A stretch of DNA of 64,000 nucleotides, taken from positions 1,024,001-1,088,000 of the forward strand of contig CAVUCU010000001.1 in assembly GCA_963740085.1 (NCBI GenBank), in the 5' to 3' direction. A program made the translations under genes and the position numbers. Numbering within the stretch: position 1 is the stretch's first letter; each line of letters begins with the position of its first letter. This DNA is from Nitrospirota bacterium. GTDB lineage: Bacteria > Nitrospirota > UBA9217. The notes below the pieces were generated by a model that did not search any database, was not told the DNA's origin, and saw nothing but the letters and a program-made list of their open reading frames with translations. This document shows positions 31,950 to 41,123 of the stretch, in pieces.

Positions 31950-33623
31950 ATGGATTTTCCAAACAAGCATCGGAAACGTTTCTCATGGCAACTCGTGGTA
32001 TTAGCATTGTGTCTCTTGCTGGTTCCCATCGTCATAAACGGCTGCAGCTCCAGCAGTTATGACACCCCGGTAACCGCTCAGACATCTGCGACATTAATCT
32101 CTCCGGAAACGCTCAAGACATGGACAGACAGCGGGATCGTGAACAGCACGGGTTTCGACCGGGTCGTGATCCTCGACGTCACCTCCTTGGCGACCTACAC
32201 CGCAGGCCACATCCCGGGCGCGCAGTTCGTGAACAGCAATGACATCTATCAGGTCCGCCAGGAAGGCCCCGCCACCGATGTCAACATGGTCATTGACGGC
32301 GCGCACATGGACGCCCTGGTCCAGAAATACGGGATCGACAAGGATACCACCGTCGTGTTCACCAGCGGAGCAGCGTCTCCCGGTGCAGGTTCCGTGCTCA
32401 GCGCCACGCGGGGCTATTGGACATTCCGGTACTGGGGATTCCCGAAGGAAAAGCTCAAGCTGCTTGACGGTATCAATTTTGCCTGGAATGCAGCCTACGG
32501 CCTGGCCACGGAGATCCCTCCCGCACCGACGCCTTCCACCTACAGCGTGAAGAACAATGCGCAGTTGCGCACGGACCTCAGGGCATCCCTGAGCGATATG
32601 ATCAACGTGGCTGAGGGCAAGGTGGCGAATGCCGTACCGGTTGACATGAGAAGCGGACCGACGGACGGATCGTATGTGGGCAAGCGCGGCTCGACCACCG
32701 GCGTCTTCAATCCGGGAAGCGATTATGTTGCTTTCGAAGGCCGCTTGAAGGGCGGCAAGGCCCTGCTGTATACGGACATGCTCGATCCTGCAAACAATTA
32801 TCGTTTCAAGTCGGCCGACGTCCTTGCCGCCATGTTCATGGCCATCGGGGTCGACAGCACGAAATATGCCCATGTTTACTGAAGGACCGGAGTGATCGCC
32901 AGTTCGGCGTTCTTTGTTCTTGATGCAATCCTTGGTTGGCCGGTCGCAGACTATGACGGTTCATGGAGCCAGTGGGGGCAGATGGCTGCTGCAAATAATG
33001 ACAACGGCGGAATGTTGACCGCAGATTCTCCGTGGAGGACGGACGTCCCCTCCCGCAGCGAGCTCTTCGTTTACAACTACGATACAACGGCAGGCCCGGT
33101 GTTCTATACGTCGGTTTCCACGACGGTAACCGGCCTGAACGACATGACCGCGGGAGGAGCCTTCAGCGGAACAGCGAGCAGGTATTTCAGGGTTCAGATC
33201 GACGGCTCAGGCACGCCTGATACGTTCAAGTGGTGGCTCTCGAGCAGTGCTACCAATACAGTGTGGAACGCTCAAAACGTTCCCGTCTCGGCCGGAACAT
33301 TCACTCTCGGTGAGGGCATGACCGTCTCCTTTGCCACAACGACGGGCCATACCGTTAGCGACCGGTGGGATTTCATCACCAAGAGGGCGGTGGAGAGGCT
33401 TGCGCTTGACGGCAGTATCTGTTCAAGCAGTACGAGCGTGGCCGGCGTGACGACCTATAGTCCCGCAGGATGCACTCCCCTGCTGCCCAATTCGTATGCT
33501 CCGTCGGGGAATGAGATCGAAGAGGAAGATGCCACCTATTTCGGGGTCGGCGGCAGCGGCGGCAGTAGCGGAGGCGGCGGTGGCCCCATAGCGCCGGGAT
33601 ACGCACCGGGATTGTTAAAATGA
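31950..33623 (+). CDS. Selenocysteine-containing tandem-rhodanese lipoprotein (ExtH-like), 557 aa with Sec at residue 311
   Basis: AGGAGG SD; lipobox INGC; 'GHIPGA'; ORFs 31932-32882 and 32892-33623 are in one frame joined by TGA-AGG-ACC-GGA (HVY-U-RTG); 'YDGSWSQW' rhodanese C-terminal signature lies after the UGA. Confidence 0.88.
32883..32920 (+). promoter_or_regulatory. Putative bacterial SECIS element
   Basis: Upper stem CGCC/GGCG with loop AGUUC starting 18 nt after UGA; lower stem AGGA-C-CGGAG / CUUUG-UUCU using GU pairs (folded by eye). Confidence 0.7.
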
Positions 33624-33886
33624 AGTCGACTGTCACCAGCGTCATTGTGACAGCATGCATGCTCGCAGCGGGTGTACCGGTGGGAACCGTTCTTGCGGGA
33701 TCAAATGGCGAAGCGGTGCATCCGCAGCACAATACGACGACCGAGAGCCCTTTTGAAGGAGACCATGAAGGCAAAGGAGCCGAAGAAGGACTGTCTTCGA
33801 AGGAAACCGACACTCGGAAAAACATCATGTCTCCGCAGAAGAAACCTCGTCTGAAATATCGTGACGAGTCAAAGTGCTCGTGTTAG
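33620..33886 (+). CDS. Small exported protein with C-terminal CxC (…KPRLKYRDESKCSC)
   Basis: Signal peptide ending VLA; disordered acidic middle; sits between rhodanese and porin genes. Confidence 0.65.
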   Translation: MKSTVTSVIVTACMLAAGVPVGTVLAGSNGEAVHPQHNTTTESPFEGDHEGKGAEEGLSSKETDTRKNIMSPQKKPRLKYRDESKCSC

Positions 33887-33942
33887 TATGAGGTATGGCA
33901 ATAAAGTCATGCAACGTATCGGCGCATATTAAGGAGGCTTTC

Positions 33943-35202
33943 ATGAGAAAATCAGGAATTACATTATCCGCGTTGCCAGCGGGGGCATGTCTCGCGGTAC
34001 TGCTATTGATCGGCGTACCCGCTCTCGCCCAGCAAACAGAACCCGCGGTTCAGACAACTCCTGCGAACCAGCCGGATACTGCAAAAGATGCAGGAACGCA
34101 GCAAATAGTGGACGCGCTGTCTTCGATCAGGTTGAACTATGCGTTTCAACTTTACGGACAGTGGAGGGACACGGGCTCCGGGCCGAAGGGAACGGACAAT
34201 ACAAGCGACATCTACTTTAAGAGAGACCGGCTCATGATGTCGGGACAGTTGGATGATGTCTACAGCTTTTATTCCGCTGTTCAATTCCAGGGGGACGAGA
34301 GGATCTTTCCCACCGATGTAACCACGACACCGTCGAAAAACTTTGACATCATTGACACGTACCTGAGCGCCGACTACACGGATGCGTTCCGGCTTCGTGC
34401 AGGACTGACCAAGGACCCGATGATACGGGAGCAGAACGAGAGCTGCTTCGAGCCTCTCAGCGTTGACCGGTCCTATTTTGATTACACGAACCTGCCGCGC
34501 TTGAATCGCGATTTCGGCCTCGTTGTGTGGGGAAATGTCGCCGACGCGCTATTCCAATACAGGGTAGCGGCAATGAAGGGCAATGACGACAGCAACGACC
34601 CAAAGAGCTCTCTGCGGTACACGGCACGGGTCCATGTCTCGCTCCTGGACCCCGAGTATTCGATCAGCTACAAGGGAACCTATCTCGGCCAGAAAAAGGT
34701 CCTGACCATCGGCGCAGGCTACCAGCTGGAGCCGGATGCTGTGTATGGAAATGTCGCCGGAAAGGATGGCGCAAAGGATTATAAGGCGTACACATATGAC
34801 ATTTTTTTCGAATATCCGACACCTGCCGGAACGTTCACAGCTTCCGGTGCATATCTTAAATTGGATTTTCAGGGTGCATATCAAGGTGCAGATCCTGACC
34901 CGCGGAGTATCGGCCTGAATGGAGAGAAAAAAGGCTGGTACACTAAAGTCGGGTATCTTCTGCCTGTCAAGATCGGAACGGGCGCACTCCAGGTCTACGG
35001 CCGCTATGAACAATGGAGATTTGCAGATCTTGCTGCAATTGTAGATCAGGAAATAAAATGGTCAGCTGTCGGTGTCAACTATTTTCTCAAAGGGCAGGAC
35101 CTGAGGCTCACCCTTGAATATTCAATGAACGATTACGAAAAGGAAGACGCTAACATTAAGGACTTTAAGACCGTCTCCGCAATGCTCCAGCTTCGTATTT
35201 GA
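33943..35202 (+). CDS. OprO/OprP-like anion porin (ExtI-like)
   Basis: AAGGAGG SD; signal peptide; 'DIYFKRDRL', 'RAGLTK', 'LSVDRS', 'RD.G.VVWGN', 'GVNY..KG..L.LT'; amphipathic beta strands. Confidence 0.85.
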   Translation: MRKSGITLSALPAGACLAVLLLIGVPALAQQTEPAVQTTPANQPDTAKDAGTQQIVDALSSIRLNYAFQLYGQWRDTGSGPKGTDNTSDIYFKRDRLMMSGQLDDVYSFYSAVQFQGDERIFPTDVTTTPSKNFDIIDTYLSADYTDAFRLRAGLTKDPMIREQNESCFEPLSVDRSYFDYTNLPRLNRDFGLVVWGNVADALFQYRVAAMKGNDDSNDPKSSLRYTARVHVSLLDPEYSISYKGTYLGQKKVLTIGAGYQLEPDAVYGNVAGKDGAKDYKAYTYDIFFEYPTPAGTFTASGAYLKLDFQGAYQGADPDPRSIGLNGEKKGWYTKVGYLLPVKIGTGALQVYGRYEQWRFADLAAIVDQEIKWSAVGVNYFLKGQDLRLTLEYSMNDYEKEDANIKDFKTVSAMLQLRI

Positions 35203-35229
35203 CGCATGAATCCTGCCTGACGACATGAC

Positions 35230-35268
35230 ACTTCAGGGGGCGTGCAAGATGCCTCCTGAAGTTTTTTT
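35230..35268 (+). terminator. Intrinsic terminator after porin
   Basis: ACTTCAGGGGGCGT / ATGCCTCCTGAAGT stem + T7. Confidence 0.88.
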
Positions 35269-35839
35269 ATGGTAAACGAGGCGCGCGGAAGCATGCAGGG
35301 AGATGCGCTGATGCGGCGGGATGAAAAAGCCTTTCAACGTTTACCTTGAAGATATCCCGTTGCGAGAGCAGGATATCGTTTCGGATTGAAGGGGATCTTA
35401 GTCGTGACAGGGCACTCATGGGCGCACTGGCATCGATCGTCGCATATGGCATCAATTGTCGTTCCGGCCTTTTCAGTTCTCAACATCCCTGCCGGGTCAT
35501 CGTTCTGCGTTCTTATATTGCCGAGACCTTCTGTCGACATTTCTCACGGACCCACATAACCACTCTCTTCAAAAAGCTCGATTCAGCCTTCCCGTGCAGC
35601 GGGGTATGATCCGCGTTTATTCGTACGCTGACAGGCAGACCCAGCGGCGCTGCGAGATGTGCGGTTTCACATGTCAGATGCCATGATAAACCGTACTTTT
35701 CCGAGTGCGTTCGGGCAGCTGCAGTGGAGATGGATCTCGTGCCCCGCGCCCGGACAGAGAAGCATACCGCCAATCGCCACAGGGCATTGTCCGAATCTTG
35801 AGGATGAAACGGGACGAGCGGGCGCATGAGTTCATTCCG

Positions 35840-35905
35840 CCGTTTGTCCGCGGCTTGACAACCGTTTGTCCGCGGCTTGACAGCGAGGACACCTCGTGGT
35901 ACCTT
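35840..35905 (+). promoter_or_regulatory. Promoter with 22-bp tandem duplication containing TTGACA
   Basis: ccgtttgtccgcggcTTGACA twice (35840, 35862); second copy is 17 nt from TACCTT, which is 7 nt before ATG35913. Confidence 0.7.
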
Positions 35906-35912
35906 GCATGCC

Positions 35913-36797
35913 ATGGCACCGGTCATCGAAGTAAAAGATCTCATCAAGACCTATCCGGGCGTGCGCGCGGTGGATAATGTCAGCCTGACGATCCATCAAG
36001 GCATCTGCTTCGGCCTGCTCGGACCGAACGGAGCGGGCAAGACCACGCTCATCGAGATCATCGAAGGTATCCAAAAATGCGATTCCGGCGCCACGCTGTA
36101 CAAAGGCGCGGCAATAGGCCCCGCGTTTCGGAAAGAAGCGGGCATCCAGTTCCAGGTCACGTCACTCCAGGAATTTCTGACCGTGCGCGAAACACTGCGG
36201 CTGTTCAAGAGCCTCTATCCGCAAACCATGGACATACCGGAGGTCATCCGCCTGTGCAGTCTTGATGAATTCCTCGACCGGGACACGCGCAAACTTTCCG
36301 GCGGCCAGCGTCAGCGGCTTCTGATGGCCCTCGCCATTATCAATGATCCTGAAGTGCTCTTCCTCGACGAGCCGACGACCGGCCTCGACCCTCAGTCGCG
36401 ACGGAATTTCTGGGACCTCATCAATCTCATCAAGTCCTGGAACAAGACGATCGTGCTGACCACGCACTATATGGACGAAGCCTACACGCTCTGCGATGAG
36501 ATCGCGATCATGGACCGAGGAAAGATCATCGCGCAGGGACCTCCCGAGGCTCTGCTCAAGGAGCACTTCGGCAATGTGGTGCTGCAGTTTCCGGAAGAGG
36601 ACGTGAACGACAAGCTCGAAGGGCTCGGGCTCTGCACGTCGAAACAAACGGGATGGTGCGAGATACAGACGCACGATATCGATGACACGATCAGAACGCT
36701 CCTGGGCCGCGGCGTCTCGTTGTCGCGGATGAACATGCGGTCCTGGAGCCTGGAAGACCTGTTCCTCTCGCTCACGGGGAAGGATCTGAGGGGCTGA
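35913..36797 (+). CDS. ABC-2 type exporter ATP-binding subunit
   Basis: 'GPNGAGKT', 'LSGGQ', 'LDEPTTGLDP', 'TTHYM'. Confidence 0.93.
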   Translation: MAPVIEVKDLIKTYPGVRAVDNVSLTIHQGICFGLLGPNGAGKTTLIEIIEGIQKCDSGATLYKGAAIGPAFRKEAGIQFQVTSLQEFLTVRETLRLFKSLYPQTMDIPEVIRLCSLDEFLDRDTRKLSGGQRQRLLMALAIINDPEVLFLDEPTTGLDPQSRRNFWDLINLIKSWNKTIVLTTHYMDEAYTLCDEIAIMDRGKIIAQGPPEALLKEHFGNVVLQFPEEDVNDKLEGLGLCTSKQTGWCEIQTHDIDDTIRTLLGRGVSLSRMNMRSWSLEDLFLSLTGKDLRG

Positions 36798-36806
36798 AGC
36801 AGGATT

Positions 36807-37062
36807 GCCACGGAGACACGAAGGCACTGAGGAAGACACTGCTTTTACACTGATGACCATGACTGATGAAATCGTAAAAAAAGTTGAAAAACTCCCGACT
36901 TGTCATTTTGAACGAAGTGAGAAATCTTGGTTTTCCAGTCGGTTGAAAGATCCCTCTCTTCGTTCGGGATGACACATTCTGACTTTTTACGAGACCATCG
37001 TAATTGGATCATGAAGTATCCTGCTTCTTCATAGCTTTCATCCGCCATTATCCGTGTCAAAG
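36807..37062. repeat. Nested set of short inverted-repeat elements between ABC ATPase and permease
   Basis: Outer 36843/37062 arms, middle 36864-36884/36982-36999 arms, inner 36901-36927/36948-36974 arms. Confidence 0.7.
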
Positions 37063-37104
37063 ACTTTGACTTTTTTTATGGTTTTGTCCAAGAAGGATCT
37101 CATT

Positions 37105-38112
37105 ATGAAAAGATTTCTCGCCATTCTCCACGCGCGCAATATGGAGTTCGTCCGGGACAAGTCGTCCCTGGGATGGAACTTCCTGTTCCCCCTCCTCCTC
37201 GTGCTCGGTTTTGCCGTCGTATTTTCGGGAGAACCCCCTGCCATGTTCAAGGTCGGCGTCATCGGCGACACAGCGACCCTCGTTGGATCGGATGCGGAGT
37301 TTCTTAAAACAAAATATGTCCAGTTCATCACTGTTGACAATGGGGAAGCGGCCATCGACAAGGTCAGGCATTTTCAGCTCGATATGCTGATCGATCTGCG
37401 CGCGGGAAAGCAATACTGGATCAATGAAAACGCGCCGAACGGCTACGTTCTCGAACGTATGTTGGGGAGCGGAAAGCGATCGGGGTATCAGCGCCGGACG
37501 GTCCAGGGACGCAAGATACGCTATGTGGATTGGGTCGTGCCGGGGATCCTCGCCATGAATATGATGTTCAGCTGCCTCTTCGGCGTGGGCTACGTGATCG
37601 TGCGGTACCGGAAGAACGGGTTCCTCAAGCGGCTCAAGGCAACGCCGCTCAACCCCTTCGAGTTCCTGCTTGCGCAGATGACCTCGCGCCTGCTCTTGAT
37701 CCAGACGATCACGACCCTCGTCTATGCAGGATGTAATTACTTCATTCACTTTCAGATGCGCGGGTCATACGTGAACCTTTTTCTTGTCTCATTCGCCGGC
37801 GCGATCTGCCTGATCTCCCTGGGCCTGCTCGTGTCAGCCCGGCTTAAGAGTGAAGAGCTCGCCGGCGGCATCCTGAACCTGCTTACCTGGCCCATGATGC
37901 TGCTCTCCGGCGTCTGGTTCTCCCTCGAAGGCACGAACCCGATCGTCCAGAAGATCGCCCAGTTTCTGCCGCTCACCCACCTTGTTGACGGCGCCCGTGC
38001 GATCATGACGGAGGGTGCCGGTCTCGTGGACATCGCTCCGCACCTCGTGATCCTCGCGCTCATGACCGCGGTCTTTCTCGCGATCGGCTCGTTCATCTTC
38101 CGGTGGGAGTGA
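37105..38112 (+). CDS. ABC-2 type exporter permease
   Basis: 'EFVRD....W..LFP', 'YVDWVVPGI', 'G.LKRL.ATP', 'LPLTH'. Confidence 0.92.
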   Translation: MKRFLAILHARNMEFVRDKSSLGWNFLFPLLLVLGFAVVFSGEPPAMFKVGVIGDTATLVGSDAEFLKTKYVQFITVDNGEAAIDKVRHFQLDMLIDLRAGKQYWINENAPNGYVLERMLGSGKRSGYQRRTVQGRKIRYVDWVVPGILAMNMMFSCLFGVGYVIVRYRKNGFLKRLKATPLNPFEFLLAQMTSRLLLIQTITTLVYAGCNYFIHFQMRGSYVNLFLVSFAGAICLISLGLLVSARLKSEELAGGILNLLTWPMMLLSGVWFSLEGTNPIVQKIAQFLPLTHLVDGARAIMTEGAGLVDIAPHLVILALMTAVFLAIGSFIFRWE

Positions 38113-38220
38113 TCTTTCCCGTCCTCTGCCTGCATCGTCCTGGCTACATGCAAGTTCGTCTTTTTTCCCGCCCATCAACGATAATCGTCTCCCAGAAGCA
38201 CATGCGCTCCTCCGCACGGC

Positions 38221-38931
38221 TCAAAACAATCGTGCCAACAATGCAGGTACCGCTGTCTCCACACTCAGTATCCGCTCTCCCATCTGCACGGGAGTGAACC
38301 CGCAGACAACGAGTTTTTCCACCTCGTAGGGAATGAACCCCCCTTCAGGGCCGATCGCGAGCGTCACCGCCCCCTTGACATCGCGCGGACAGGGATCGGA
38401 TGCGGCAGGGTGGGCTGCAAGTGAAATCGTTCCTCTGATGACCTCGGGAAGTTCGTCCTCTACAAAGGGCTTGAACAACGGGCGAAGAAGGACCTCGGGT
38501 AATACAGTGTCCCTCGCCTGTTCCAGGCCGAGCATCAATTGATCGTTGACCGCCGCTTGGTTCAGAAACGGACTCTGCCAGAAGCTCTTCTCGACCCGAA
38601 AACAATTAAGCAGAATGATTTTTTTTACGCCCAGCCCGCTCGCGGACCGAAGCACCCGCCGGAGCACCTTGGGTCGCGGCAATGCGAGGATGAGCGTCAA
38701 CGGAGGCGCCGGAGGCGGCAAGCGTTCGAGCCGGACCTCCATCTCCAGGACCGATCGATTCAGGAGCGTTACCTTGCCGAAGCCGACCTGTCCGTTCAGG
38801 ACACCGACGCAGAGTTCGTCGCCGACCGAGGCACGGTGCACTTCCAGGACATGCGTTAGGCGTCGTCCCTGAAGACGAACGAGGCTGGTGTTGTCGACAA
38901 AATCGTCTAGAAAAAGAAGGATGAGATTCAT
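38221..38931 (-). CDS. rsmE: 16S rRNA m3U1498 methyltransferase
   Basis: 'EQARDT.LP', 'IGPEGGF', 'RILSVETA'. Confidence 0.92.
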   Translation of the reverse strand: MNLILLFLDDFVDNTSLVRLQGRRLTHVLEVHRASVGDELCVGVLNGQVGFGKVTLLNRSVLEMEVRLERLPPPAPPLTLILALPRPKVLRRVLRSASGLGVKKIILLNCFRVEKSFWQSPFLNQAAVNDQLMLGLEQARDTVLPEVLLRPLFKPFVEDELPEVIRGTISLAAHPAASDPCPRDVKGAVTLAIGPEGGFIPYEVEKLVVCGFTPVQMGERILSVETAVPALLARLF

Positions 38932-38970
38932 ATCAAGATCACGCTGTAATACAAATCAATCGAAGGAAAG

Positions 38971-39073
38971 ATTACCGCGAAGACGCAAAGGTCGCTAAGG
39001 ACAGCTAATAATTTATAGGTTTAATTCAAAATATGAAGGATTTCCTTGGCGGACTTCGCGCCTTCGCGGTTCA
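38971..39073. repeat. 9-bp-periodic inverted-repeat (MITE-like) element
   Basis: accgcgaagacgcaaaggtcgctaagg ... ccttggcggacttcgcgccttcgcggt with AT-rich core. Confidence 0.8.
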
Positions 39074-39106
39074 TGCTCTTCTGTTTTGGGTTTTATAAAC
39101 TTGATC

Positions 39107-39613
39107 TTATTCAAATGGCTTGTACTGCACACTGATGATCGTGAACACGGTATCGCCCTTCGGACGCTTGACCATAACTTCATCGCCCTCGGCCTTCTTC
39201 ATCAGCGCCCTGGCCATGGGCGCGTCCATGCTGATCAGGTTCTTCGCCGGATCGAACTCGTCGGGACCCACGATGCGGTATTCGGCGACATTCCCCTCGT
39301 TGTCCTCAAGCCGCACCCAGGCGCCGAAGAACACCTTTGACGGATCGGTCGGCGCGCTGTCTACCACTACGATATGCTCCAGCCGGTCCTTGAGATGGTG
39401 GATGCGGCCGTCGATCTCGCGCAGCTGCTTCTTGCGGTAGATATACTCCGCATTCTCCGACCGGTCTCCCTCGGCCGCCGCAGCGGCAAGCGCCGCGGTC
39501 ACTTCAGGGCGCTTTTCCCGCCAGAGGAATTCGAACTCGTCGCTCAGGCGCTTCTTGCCTTCAGGCGTTATATATTTGGAACCCGGTGTCTGTGGAGGTC
39601 GGTATCTGCTCAT
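39107..39613 (-). CDS. greB: Transcription elongation factor GreB
   Basis: 'YITPEG', 'AAAEGDRSENAEYIYRKKQLREID', 'YRIVGPDE'. Confidence 0.95.
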   Translation of the reverse strand: MSRYRPPQTPGSKYITPEGKKRLSDEFEFLWREKRPEVTAALAAAAAEGDRSENAEYIYRKKQLREIDGRIHHLKDRLEHIVVVDSAPTDPSKVFFGAWVRLEDNEGNVAEYRIVGPDEFDPAKNLISMDAPMARALMKKAEGDEVMVKRPKGDTVFTIISVQYKPFE

Positions 39614-39660
39614 AGGGACAGAATAATACGGCAAACGTGGGAGAGAAGCAAGAACCAACT

Positions 39661-39795
39661 ACCCTGACCCGGCAAGCCGGAATAATTTCAATTAACCGCG
39701 AAGGCGCGAAGACCGCAAAGGAAAGCAAAAGATTCACCCAGTTTAAAAAGTGAATTAAAGGTTGTCTTCGCGACCTTCGCGCCTTCGCGGTTAAT
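39661..39795. repeat. 9-bp-periodic inverted-repeat (MITE-like) element
   Basis: attaaccgcgaaggcgcgaag ... cttcgcgccttcgcggttaat perfect arms; preceded by cccggcaagccggaa. Confidence 0.85.
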
Positions 39796-39850
39796 TATTT
39801 TGGTTACGAAAGCCACATCATCATGTTTTTGCGGCAACTCTTCCACTGGA

Positions 39851-40963
39851 CTAGCCTGCGTAAGACACGATAGTCTCTTTCCCAACCTTGAGCCGCTTTC
39901 CCTCATCGGTCAGCCGCTCAAACCGGACGCAGTCGCCCCGTTTCAATGTCTCATAGGGTTCGTTTCCCGTAGTTGCGTCCTTGTCCAGCCTGGCGATCAG
40001 CCGCCTGCCTGCTTCGCCGCAAACATAGAATTCCCGCTTGCCCTTCGAAACCAGGGGCTCGCTCACCACCCGGAAGCTGTTCAGGCCGCAGACATCCGAA
40101 AAAGAGAGTCCGTCCTTTCTGAATACGAGATAGGAGAACTTAAGGGAGTCCTTGCGGAGCCCTGTCAGCTTGTCTATCTCTTTCACCAGCGGGGGCGGAT
40201 CCCAGGGAATGTCCTCATGGCACCAGTCTTTGGGGTTCGCGAGGGCAGGACACTTTCCGCTGAAGTGACACGGAGAATAAACGTGAAATCCGTTCTCCAG
40301 CAGGCCGTCCCTGACCGCGAGCATATCGCGCGAAGTCTCCCGCAAGGCTGGCTCGATGATGATGCAGCTGCCGTCATCAGCAAGTGACCTTTTCAGGATT
40401 GTATCCAAGATGCTTACCCGCTTCTCGGTCCTTCGATCATTCCGGGCAAACAGCTCGTTCACGACATTCGACAGGATGATCACGTCAAAATGTCCATGCA
40501 AAAGAGTTCCCAGCCCCTCGATGTCCGAATGGATTGTTTTCAATGATGCCTCGAATTCACGCGTTGCTCCGGAGGATGAAAATAGCTCCTCGGCTATCTT
40601 CAGATTACCCGCCACCTGATCAATGGCCGTGAACTCAAGTTGTGGTTTCTTCTGTTCCCGTTGCGAGAAGAACGCCAGCGCGCCGAGTAAGGCTGTGCCG
40701 GGACCGGTGCCGATGTCAAGGATTCGGAGCTTTGCTTTTGAGAACAGCTCCCGGGGATGAGAGGATAATTCCTGAAGAGGTTTGTGGATCTTGGAGAGGT
40801 TTGACGGAAGAAAATAGGCCCAATATGCCTTCCGAAGTCCCTCGTCCCTGAGATAGGCCGCGGGAAGCTCATCACGCTCCCGGGTGAGCAGCATTGAAAG
40901 CCTTGCCACATCCGCTGCAAGGGAGCGCATCTCATCGTGCGATAGTTCCGGTGATATCTTCAT
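39851..40963 (-). CDS. Rsm22-family SAM-dependent methyltransferase
   Basis: 'AY..YFLP.N', 'LDIGTGPGT', 'IIEPA', 'PC....CP......WCH', 'FSYL'. Confidence 0.82.
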   Translation of the reverse strand: MKISPELSHDEMRSLAADVARLSMLLTRERDELPAAYLRDEGLRKAYWAYFLPSNLSKIHKPLQELSSHPRELFSKAKLRILDIGTGPGTALLGALAFFSQREQKKPQLEFTAIDQVAGNLKIAEELFSSSGATREFEASLKTIHSDIEGLGTLLHGHFDVIILSNVVNELFARNDRRTEKRVSILDTILKRSLADDGSCIIIEPALRETSRDMLAVRDGLLENGFHVYSPCHFSGKCPALANPKDWCHEDIPWDPPPLVKEIDKLTGLRKDSLKFSYLVFRKDGLSFSDVCGLNSFRVVSEPLVSKGKREFYVCGEAGRRLIARLDKDATTGNEPYETLKRGDCVRFERLTDEGKRLKVGKETIVSYAG

Positions 40964-41123
40964 GGATGGATCTGTTGCTCAGTAGCCAAGCGTATCGTGG
41001 AATTGACCGGCCAGAGAAAAAAAAGGGGTTGCTCAGTACGTGAAGGCATGGACCGGGGAAAGGACCATGCGCGACAGAGCGCCCTCTTGCTCATTGCTGA
41101 GCCGCGCATAGCTCCCGGGCCGC

